Origin: Monocercomonoides exilis PA203 | Taxonomy: Eukaryota; Protista; Preaxostyla | Assembly: GCA_001643675.2 (NCBI GenBank) | Contig: LSRY02000011.1 | Location: forward strand, 1,488,001 to 1,552,000 | Direction of reading: 5' to 3' | DNA length: 64,000 nucleotides | Shown: positions 11,060 to 22,000 of the stretch, in pieces | Position numbering within the stretch: position 1 is the first letter of the stretch | How the letters are laid out: each line of letters begins with the position of its first letter | Translations under genes and position numbers: made by a program | Notes under the pieces: model-generated | The model's input: only the letters and a program-made list of their open reading frames with translations | Told to the model about the DNA's origin: nothing | Databases searched by the model: none

Positions 11060-12385
11060 TAATTATTATTTTGAAAAATTGTTCTCCGGGCCGGAAATTT
11101 TCGTGAAGAAGAGCAAAAGGAAAAAATTATTAAAATGCATAAACTATTGGATGAATTGGATGAATGCGAATAATTTCCGTTTGCGCAAAAGAACTGTTCA
11201 ACAAAATACACAAAATGATTAAAGAAGAGAAACTTTCGATGGGAAATGCAATTTTGTTACTAAACCGAATTGGATATTACAGATCATTGAAATTTTTGTG
11301 GTTCTATAACTTTGCTAGCACTTTATTGAACAAAAGAATTGAGAATATGATTATTGAAGAAATGAAGAAGAAAGATGAAAAGAATGAAAAGTTGCTTATC
11401 GATTTCCGATTGCCTTATTTCTTTGGGCTACGCCTTCTTAAATGTGTTTCTTTCAATCTGAAAAACTTATCTCCTGAAAGCTGCTTCGAACAAAGAGGAA
11501 AACGAAGAAGCACAAACACAAGTGGAAATGACTTTATTGGCTTTGGGTGGCCTGGGTGAGGCGAAAGAGCAAATTTTCTTTTTTCTTTTTTTCATGTTTT
11601 TCTTTCTTCTTCTTCTTCCTTGTTGGTCATCAAAAATAGACAAAGAAGATTTCCTGAACGAGATGACGGAAATCATGAAGCATCATCAGGAGCATCGCAA
11701 CCTCACTCAACTTGCGTATCAGTTGGCTGACTGTTTTTAATGGAGAGACTGGACAAAGACAAAAGCTTTGAATTCAAGAATATGGGGGAGTTTCATTTCG
11801 AAAGAGAGGCAGCAAGAGAATTGGAGATTGTCGCAAGATGTGTTGACTGGAAGAGAGAGAAAGAAGAGAAAAGCAGCGGATTTTGTGTTGAGATGGGTGT
11901 ACATCATAGGAAATTCCTTGTGCTTATGTCGATTGCAAAATGAAGAGCATTCCGACCTTGTCTGCAGCATAGTGGAGGTGCTCCGATCAGCAAAGGATAA
12001 TGTGGAAGAAATTTGCAAGGAATGTGCTGAATCTTTGAAAAAGTTGTCAGAAAACAGAGCCTCCGAAATAAATGGGTTGCTAAACCGCAGAGCTGTCGAT
12101 GCTGTTTTGGAGGAGATTCAGTAACCAAAATTGAAAGATTGAATGGAGTGTGAATGCTTGTCATTTTTAATGAATGTTCCATTGCGATTTAAAGAAGAGG
12201 ACGATGATGAAATGGAAAGACTGAAAAGGAAAGAAATGAAAAGAAAGATGCTTGAAAAGATGGAAGAAGAAGTGTTTGAAGATGCCATTGAGAGTTTTTG
12301 CGAAATTTTTGAATTTTTCGGTGGAAAATATTATTATTGTGCTGATTTATCAGAGGACATTTCTTATTATTTTGTGAATGGTTGA
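11060..12385 (+). pseudogene. Frameshifted copy of a lineage-expanded helical (ARM-like) protein family
   Basis: Fragments in changing frames (ELFNKIHKMIKEEKLSMGNAILLL; EMTLLAL; HHQEHRNLTQLAYQ; HFEREAARELE; EEEVFEDAI...YFVNG) are collinear with the paralog at 12565-14066. Several frameshifts and stops. 5' limit approximate. Confidence 0.7.
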
Positions 12386-12564
12386 GGAAATGAAACACTT
12401 GCGTTTTGTGTCTCAGAATTTCAATTTATGTTTATTCACCGTTTCACAAAATGGTTTAAAAAAAGAAAGAAAAAGAAAGTCTTCAAATGATCGTTTCTTG
12501 ATTTGTAAAATAATGATGAAAAAACAGAATTTTTGATCTTCAAAATTAGAAGTTCCTCTTTTCA

Positions 12565-14066
12565 TTAAGCATTCACAAAATAATCAGAAACATTTGCTAA
12601 TAATCTTAAATACCAATACTTTCTATTTAAAAAAGCAAATGTTCCTTGAAGATTTGCGATGATATCTTCATATCCTTCTTCTTCCAACTCCTCGAATATT
12701 TCTCTTTTGATAACCTTTTTTAAGATTCATCAATTTCATTATCAGCCTTTCCTTTTAGTCTTGTCGAAATATGCGAATAGATTGATAAGAGAGCACTTGA
12801 AATTTTGTCTTTCAAAGTCGATTGCCGAATTTCTTCAGAAATCAAATTAACAGCCCCACACTTCAGAAAAACATCAATTTCAATGCTTGCCATGTTGGAC
12901 ATTGCCTCTAAAAGCAAAATGCAATCTTCAAATATTTTTTGTTCACGCTCTCTCGTTGCTCTGCAAAGCCTGACAATGCAACGAACCATCCCAACGTATT
13001 TTTCTTCCAAACGTGGATGGCAGCTGAAAGCAGAGCCCAATAATTGGAGCCATCTCATTAAAGTTATTCTTTCTTTCGCTTCCACGCTTTCCTCTTCTTT
13101 CTCTTTCTCATTTCCTTCCCAATTCACACATTTCGTCAGTTCTTCCAGTTCTCTTGTCGCCTCTCTCGCAAAATGCAGCTCATTTCCAATTTAGCTTTTC
13201 AAGCTTTCGTCTTTGTGTAATTGGTCTATTAAAATCTTCCAAGCTAACTGATACGCTAGTTGTGTCAAGTTGTGATGATCTTGATGATAATTGATGATTT
13301 CAATCATCTCCTCCAAATATAGTTCATGTTTCATTTCCTACACAATGTTTTTGTAAAAATACAACGATTGAAAATAATATTTCAGAAAAGGAAAAACAAA
13401 CCTTCGATTACCTAATATTACTCAAAGCCATCAAAGCCAATTCCTCTTCTCTTTTTTTTTCTTGTTTTCATCTTTGTTTAGTGCAACTTTTAGAAGGCAT
13501 TTTAAAATAATAAATTGAAATTCATCTGATTTATTCTCAAAATAGTACAGCATCAAATAATAACATTCGCAAAGATCCGATAGAAATTTTTCGTTCTTTT
13601 CTTCATTTTTCTTTTCTTCTTCAATCATCATTTTTGAAAATATTATGTCTAACGAAGAATCGTTAAAGCCATTAATACACAAATTTTTCAGTACATTGTA
13701 ATATCCTATATATTTTAACAACGAAATTGCATTTTCAAAAGTTATTTTCTTTTCTTCAATCATTTCTCCAATTTTTTCGAACAGTTCAGTGGTGAGAAAT
13801 AAATAACATTCATTTTCCTTCATTTCATCCAAACTTCCTTTTATTTCTTCGATTATAAATTTTTGATCTTCCTCGTTGCTGCGTTCAAGCTCATGAATTA
13901 ATGCTTTAAAAAAAATAGGAAGAAAAGCAATCATCACGAATTCAAATACAGTAATGTGCAAAAACCAGAAAACCCTTTTGTGAAATTCATTGCATGCATT
14001 TTTTAAAAAGGATATTGTTGTCAGAAAACTACACTATTCTTATCATTCACAACGAATTTGTTCATG
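12565..14066 (-). pseudogene. Second, convergent copy of the same helical family with a frameshift and in-frame stops
   Basis: ELFEKIGEMIEEKKITFENAISLL; EELALMALSNIR*; YHQDHHNLTQLAYQLAW; LKS*IGNELHFAREATRELEE; ends YFVNA-TAA at 12565. Frameshift in an A-run near 13455. 5' limit approximate. Confidence 0.7.
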
Positions 14067-15587
14067 TTTGTTCTTGTTTGGAAAGAATAAATTGGTAAAA
14101 ATGAAAAATTGAAATAGGGATAAAAGCGTCAGCGCTCTTTCAATCTTTTTTGTATTTTTATCTTTGGCAAAGCCCAACAAATAGAAAGAAAGTAAAATTT
14201 TTTCGTGTATGTTGTTATGGTTGTCTCAATAAAACAACATTCAAATAAGGAAAATTGAGAAATTAGTAAAGATTTCTTTGCAATGAAATATGTTTCAACG
14301 TTCCATATTGAAACACAAGTCCGTGGAAACAGTGAGTTTCATTCATATTTTTTGTGATTCAAATCATTGTTTGAATTAACTTTATATTTCTTTCTATAAA
14401 TGAAAATTCCAAAAAGCAGGGTTTTATTGAATCGGTTGAATATTCTTTTTGTTTGTTTCTTGAACAACTTATTTTACATCCTTTTTAAAGGAAAAAAACC
14501 AAGAAATTATTTCAATCTGAAAGATTCAGCGAAAGAGTTTGAAAATCTTGTGGGGAAACGCGTATTTGTGATAGATGTGTAGAATGAACGAATAAAATGG
14601 CATTAGACATGGATATTTTTTAAGTGAAACACAACGCTTCTGGATGAACTGAATTAAAAGGAAAAAAGATTGAAAATGGCTTTAAATTTTGTTCTGAAAG
14701 TTCATATTATTATTTGAACTTTTTTGAATCGTTCATTTTCTTTATTTAAATGAAAATACATGAAATGATTGAAATGTCAAATGAACTTGCTCACACATTC
14801 GGAAATGATCTCAATTGATAATTTCTTGTTTGTTCATATTTTGAAATTTTTTAAAATGTTAAGCTTTTTTGTTTATAAAATGCCTTTGCCCTTTTCACGT
14901 CCTTCATTAAACAATTTTTAAATTTAATATGTAAATGCACAACTACAAAATGTATGCATGCCTCTTCAATTTCTGGTCCTGCTTCAGGAACATCTTTGCA
15001 TCGAAATGCTCTGTATACTGCAACGAGAATAAGATAAATCCCAAAGGCAAAAATCAATGCAATAAAAAACTAAAAGATAAAAAATAATATCATCATCGTT
15101 TTCAAATGATCAAAAACATGTTTTGTATTTACCATTGTGTAAGTCAAAAAAAAGTTTTAAATGATCAAACGACAATTGGGTGTGAAAAAAGCGAAGATTT
15201 ATCTTTTACGAGAGAGCTTCCAAAAATGCTTGCACCAACAAATGTGGCCATGATTAAAATCCATTGTATTAAAGTTTTCATTGCAAGGAACAAGCAAAGC
15301 AAAATTTGTGAAAAAATAATATGGGCGTTTTTCTTCTTTCTTTGAATATTTAATCTGATTCAACATAAATTCATGATTGAAATCAACAAAATTGACCAAC
15401 TTTTTCCAAATCAATAATGAGAAATTTTATATTCAATAAAAGATAGAACAATGTGAAATATTCTGTCAGTGAAATATTTAATATAATAAAAAATTTGTAC
15501 TTTTTTTTAAAACCCCTTGAAGGACGCATTTAATAACAGTTCCAACAAGAAGGCATATGTTAATTCATTTTGAATCAATTAATATGA

Positions 15588-15854
15588 ATATATGGGTGGT
15601 TATTTTTGAAATCATCACTTTTTTCGGAGTGCTGATTTTTCAAAGGTCTAATGACTTAAGAGAGGAATCATCCTTTTTAAAGAAAAAAGAATGATAAATG
15701 TTTCAAATGAAGACGTGAGAGTTTATCTGCTTGAAGGTACTATCTTTGTTAAAAGTTATAACTTTTCATTGTTCTTTCATCATTTTTCAAAGCGAATTCT
15801 TGAACCGAAATCATTGAGAGAGAATTAATAAATACAAAAATAATCACCTATATA
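15588..15854. repeat. ~265-bp MITE-like unit, inverted copy of the unit at 17450-17712
   Basis: Ends ATATGGGTGGTTATTTTTGAAA ... CAAAAATAATCACCTATAT. Internal blocks (ACTTTTCA-TGTTC, GAACCGAAAT) match the reverse complement of 17450-17712. Confidence 0.6.
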
Positions 15855-16230
15855 GGTCGATCTTATTGAATAATCGTAAATGTTTTCTTAATGCATCAAA
15901 CCAAATTGAATCTTTTTTTGTCTTTTTTTTTATTGCAAATCCATCATATTTCTCCACAATGCATTTATTCTCATATCAAATAGGTTTGAATATTTTAATC
16001 AGCAAAGTGATAGTGTTTGATGAATTTTCTCAAAAAAAATAATAATTCTATTTTTTTCAATTCATTAAATAAACATTTGCAATTATTCAAAAAGAATGAA
16101 ACATCAAGGTGATTATTTTTGAAATCATATTTTTTCTAACAAAAATTTCGGTTAAAAAATTTCACTTGAATATTTACAAAAGAACACTGAAAAGAAAAAA
16201 AATACTAATAACAGATATTTATGTTATTCT

Positions 16231-16450
16231 TTTTGAAAAGTGGCAAATGTTTTATTTTCAAAGAAATCAAAAATTTCATATCTTGATCATATTTCGGTTC
16301 CCGCTCGTGCAACTTCACAGGAATGTGTTTAATAGCATTGTCAAATTATATCCTCCATTTTGGTGAAGTTGCATGAGCGGGAACCGAAATTTGATCAAGA
16401 TATGAAATTTTTGATTTCTTTGAAAATGAAACATTTGCGACTTTTCAAAA
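16231..16450. repeat. Hairpin/palindromic element with 88-bp arms and a 44-bp loop
   Basis: 16231-16318 is the reverse complement of 16363-16450 with 4 mismatches. Ends TTTTGAAAAGT(G/C)GCAAATGTTT. Confidence 0.9.
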
Positions 16451-17138
16451 AAAGTTACCCATTTTTATTTTTATTTCAGCTTCAACGTTTGTTTTAAAAA
16501 TGGTTTTGATGAAATATATCAAAAAAAATTCTTCATTCAATGACATAAAACTTTTGTCAAATCAACACTGCGAAAATTTTTATTATTTTGAAAAATGTTT
16601 AATATCTGAGTTATATAAAAATATTCATTGTTTGTTTTTTTTTTGCAATATATTCATCAAACTTCAATGCAATGGATATATTTTCTCATCCTATTGGTGT
16701 GAATAATTTGATTTGCAAAATAATTTAGTTTAATGAATAAATTGCAAAAAAAAAATCAAACATTGAATATTTTTATTTAACAAACATTTTTAACATTTTC
16801 GACTTTTCAAAAAGAACAATACATTTAAAACCATTTTATGAACTTTACTTATAACCTATATGACAAAAATATTTTTTTATCAAAAAAAATACACAAACCG
16901 ATTGATTTTTCATGATTTGCTAAAAAAATTGAACCATAAGCTTATCATTTTTGAATAACAAATGGAGGAAAATATCTTTCTTTAAGCTTGTTCATTGCAA
17001 AATTAAACTCTTTATATTGATATTTTTTTTGATCACTAAACCCAAGCAAAATTTCTTTTCTTTATGTTATACACCATTTATTATTAAAATTTGGTAAATT
17101 TATTATTCAAAATTGTTAAACTTTTTATTCGAAATAAA

Positions 17139-18112
17139 TAAACTTGTTTTTCGAAATTGGAAAACTTCTCATTCAGAATTAATAAAATTCAGAATTTTTT
17201 TAAAAATATTTTTTGATATAATATGATCACTGGCTGAGTATCGGAAAGCGAAAAGGATATTAAATTTTTAATTATTCTTAAAAAGGATGAAAAATTGAAC
17301 CCCGATTTTTATTATTTGTGAATAAATATGAAAATTTTTGATTTTTTTAGAAAAAATCATCACCATGGAAAATCGGATAATTTTCAAATGAATTCATCTT
17401 TCACTGTTGGATTGCTCATTATTCAATCATGATTGGTTTTTTTATTAAAATATGTGTGATAATTTTTGAACTCATATTTTTTCTTACAAAAATTTCGGTT
17501 CGATCATTTCTTTAAAATGTTCACAAATGAACACTGAAAAGTGAACAGGCATATTCAAGACCTCTTTATTTATATATCTGATCATGCATTTGTTTTTAAA
17601 ACAGTTGTGACTATTTAAGCACTTGGAAAATATCTTCCTAAATGAAAACAATCTTTGAAAAATCTTCATCCCGAAAAAAGTTTTGATTTCAAAAATAATC
17701 ACCCATATATTCAGAAGATCGATTAAAACAAATGTTGAATTCTGAAAGTGCATTTAATGATTTTTTTATTTATGAAAAATAATTAACTTCATCTTCTTGT
17801 ATTGAAACAAAAAATTTATCTTAAATGAATAATGCATTATCAAACAATGTGAGATGAATTCATTTGAAAATTATCCGATTTTCCATGGTGATGATTTTTT
17901 CTAAAAAAATCAAAAATTTTCATATTTATTCACAAATAATAAAAATCGGGGTTCAATTTTTCATCCTTTTTAAGAATAATTAAAAATTTAATATCCTTTT
18001 CGCTTTCCGATACTCAGCCAGTGATCATATTATATCAAAAAATATTTTTAAAAAAATTCTGAATTTTATTAATTCTGAATGAGAAGTTTTCCAATTTCGA
18101 AAAACAAGTTTA
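17139..18112. repeat. Perfect 261-bp inverted repeat (17139-17399 / 17852-18112) around a 452-bp core
   Basis: Arms compared 10-mer by 10-mer with no mismatch found. The core contains the MITE-like unit at 17450-17712. Confidence 0.95.
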
Positions 18113-18143
18113 ACAATTGATGATGTCACAAATTATTGAGTAA

Positions 18144-18378
18144 TAATTTTTGAAAAGTCGCAAATGTTTAATTATCAAATTATTCAAAATTTTCATATTC
18201 TGCTCTAATTTCTGTCACAGCTCATGAATCTTCTCATGAATGTTTGAATTATTATTATAAAGAAATGGATTTTATTATTTTGAAGTTTGGTTTGTGTTTA
18301 CAAAAATCTGAGCAAAATATGAAATTTTTGATTTATATGAAAATTAAACATTTGCGACTTTTCAAAAATTATCACCCT
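18144..18378. repeat. Degenerate palindromic element of the same family as 16231-16450
   Basis: Begins TAATTTTTGAAAAGTCGCAAATGTTTAATT and ends AATTAAACATTTGCGACTTTTCAAAAATTATCACCC. Confidence 0.75.
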
Positions 18379-19078
18379 ATTATGTTATTATATCAATAAC
18401 GTTTGCATTCAAACGTGAAAATCAAGTTTATTCAGAAATCTGAGAAAGTTCATAAAAGCTTTTAGAAAACTATTTTTTTGTTATAAGAAAAAAATTACTA
18501 GAAGGTTCATTTTTTCTCTTAAACGGTGAACAATTTCACCTCAAAATCTCAAGGATCATATCAAAACAGAGAAATACATATCCTTTCAAAACGCAATAGC
18601 GGAATACAATCAAAACAAATAGATTAAAGTTCAAATTCAGACAAAAAAGCAAAAATTGATTGGAAAAAGTGCTTTTTTTTCCCAAAAAAATGTTGCGAAT
18701 ATAAATAAATCAGTACAAGGGTTCCTGAATTTTGCAAAAATTAATAATTCTATTTTCTCAGTTTCAACATGCAACTAGATTTTATTTTCATATGAAGACA
18801 ATAATTAATTTTAAAAACTGTCTCAAGTTTAATTTTTGTTCTTAGTAGCGTCTTGTGCAAAAGTTATCTTTAACTTGAGAATAAATATGATATTGTTTCA
18901 TAACGACTCAGTAATTTAATAAAGTCTATAATAAATATCTTTTAGAAAGTTTTCTTTATGAACTTAATACCATAATAAGTTTCAAATTGATAACTGTTAT
19001 TTATTAAACATTTTGTCTGGCAGTTATCTGGCTTATAAAAAGGCTGCTCTAGAGTGATACATCAAATAAATTTGCAAT

Positions 19079-22000
19079 ATGGAACAAGACAGGCAATCAT
19101 ATCAAAATCAAGGAAGAGAGGGGACTTCAACTCAACAACGCGATGATAATTTTTCGAAATTTGACCAAGCTCTTTTTAATTATTTTTATCCGTTATATGT
19201 TCAGGCTTGAATTATTCCTCCTTATTTATGTTCATGTCAAATTATGATTTTTCGTTAAATTTGGTTTTTTAGCGGAAGCATCCAAATTCAAAGTGGCAAG
19301 TCTTTTTATGGGGAATCTTCACTTTGCAAATGTTGACACTGAGTTTTTTTGCTGTTGATGTTAAAACAAATAAGATAGAACCATTTTCATATGTTTGCTT
19401 TTTGGTTTATACAAACAGTTTTCTAATCATATTACATATTTTTTTTTGGTTTTGCTTAGTATCTAGGATTTGTTGATTTTACTTCATTTGGACTTCTTGC
19501 AAAAGAAAACATTGTTTTTGTTTCAATCGGACTTTTATCTTTTCAAATGGTCATTATTCTTTATCAATTATTCACTGCTGTATTTTTGAAGAAGATTTTA
19601 ACAACCCAACCATGGATCTTATCGTTCTTGCGTTGGATGATATCAGTTGTACTTTGCATATTTTACATTCCAATGATCACTTTAGGAATTTCTGTTTTCG
19701 ATTGCCACAAGAATGACAGCGGATTTTTAGTTGTAAGAGGAACAGATTCATTTTCCTGTTTTGGCACATCTGCAATCCAAATTGTTGGAGGAGTTCTCTC
19801 TGTCATTCATCTTCTTATACTATTCTTCTTCTCAACAGCAGTCCGCGCATTCATCTTTAACCACAATCAGAAGCATGGAGGCTTTTTCTCATGTTCTGCG
19901 AGCACGCCTCAGGTGCTTGTGAACATTTTGACGTATGGGCTTGTGTTTGCGATGCGGATGCTCTACGGATGGCCGTTTTGGCGCGGGGTGGTGACGGTGG
20001 GGACATCAGTGGTTCTGGTTGTGTACTTTGTGAGCTTCCAGCCGTTCCACCACATCCAGGGCAACATCCTGTTTGCCTCCACATTTGTCATTTTCGGAAC
20101 AATGCGTCTCTTTCTGGAAATCGGAATCGCAGTCAAAAACGCTGCTGCCTCACTTGTCGCCTTCATCGTGTTTGCCGTCGTCGGCGTGGTGGCGTCCGTG
20201 GCGCTGGTGATTCTGGTGGTGAAGCTTTCTCTGCGGAGGCGGCAGAAGCTGTGGGTGCTTCCCGACGAAGAGAAAGACGCCGAAGCCGACGGCAAGTACG
20301 AGCGGCAGCTGAACTCCCACACGCCGTCGCTGCTGCCCCTTCCGCAGCAGCAGAGCCAGCCAATCACGTATCATCTGTCTTCGCTGCAGTACTCACTCAC
20401 CCAGGCAGAGCTTAATGTCCCCCGCGTCAAGGACCCCAGCAAGCTCGAGCCATCGCTGCGGTTTCTGCAGCTGAAGCGCTACCGCACGCCCGACCGGATC
20501 GACTTTGCAGATGCGATGTACACGCAGGCCATGCAGCACTTTCCCCACAACGCAGAGCTGGCGTTTGCCTTTGCGAACTACCTCTCATCCTACCGCAAGA
20601 ACTACGTCAAAGCGGCCACTGTGTTCCGGAAGGCGCGCACGTCGAATCCGCACGTGATTCTGCGCTTTGTGCTGTTTTGCAAGACGAAAGGCGGAACTGA
20701 CAACGACAGCAGCGGCGGGGCGAATCTGAGTGCTGGGAGTGAGCTATCATCGTTGACGTTCAAGTCGCTCCTGTCGCAGGCGGAGGAGCACCACGAGAAC
20801 GCAAAGTCAGCCATGAAGGACTTCTTCGAGAACATGATTATGCAGAAGCCGAATCTGAAGGCGATTCCACAGGCGCTGACGCAGATTGTGACGAGCGAGG
20901 AGAAGGCGCGGAAGTGCTATGAGGAGCTGCTGGTGTCTCATCCGCAGAACACACAAGTGATGCGGTGCTATGCGAAGCTGCTGCTGGACATCTACGACGA
21001 CGAAGACAATGCAGACATGATCCTGTTGCATGCTGATCAGATTGAAGAGGACGGGACGATGTCTGGCACACTCCCTGCTGCTATTAGCGGCTCGTTGACA
21101 GACATTGGCAGCATCACAGGAGCATCGGGGGTGTATCAGCAGGAAGACAGGATGAGCAAGTTCAGCGGGGTGTCTGCGTTTTCGATGTCGAAGAAGAAGA
21201 GGAAGAAGAAGAAGAAAAAGAAGACGAATGCCATTTTGACAGAGTTTGCGAGCGGGTCGAATGCGGACGAAGGGTCGGAGAAAGCGAAGCTGCTGTCATT
21301 AGTGATTATGCTGCATATTCTTGTCATTCTTGTTCTTTTGATTGGCCTCATCCTGTACATCGTGCTGGCCAACAACTACATGCAGCAGATTTCCAACCTC
21401 CGAGAAGTCTCCAACGTGGCTGCAGACTCCTGCCGCCTTGCTCCTCTTTCGCTGCAGTTTCTGGCACATGAGTTCAACCACAACTTCGAATACAACCCGA
21501 CCGACGAGGACGCAGAGACGCTGACGTCTGTGCAGACGCTGCAGAATGAGCTGACCTCGCTCTCCAACCACCTCCAGACGCTGCTCACGTCTGTGTATGA
21601 CCTGACGTCGTTGACAGGGCCGTGGGAGACGATGGATGTAGAGACGTATATCTTCACGACGTGGGACGATCCAGCACAGGACAACATCACCGTCGTGAAG
21701 ACACAGGACCTGCAGATGTCGACGCTGATGTGGGCACTCTCTTCACTCGCTCAGAAGGCAGGGCAGTTGGGCTGTGCAACATTTGGCATCAACCGCCGGG
21801 GAAAGAAGCACCCGATCTACGACAGCTACCACCCAGACACGTGCTACATGATCTTCAACACCCTGCAGCCCATCCTCGATGCTTGCAAAAGAGCGATGTT
21901 TTCGTACTGGGAACAGACAAAGAGCATCACAAACTCCATCGTCGTCATCTACACGACGTGTGTGCTGGCTCTGATTGGCTTCGTGGCGACGCTGATGCTG

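Noticed and set aside
19193-19210. GC donor for intron 1 of the hemerythrin-domain gene
   Set aside because: A canonical in-phase GT donor lies 6 nt upstream, so a GC donor is not required.
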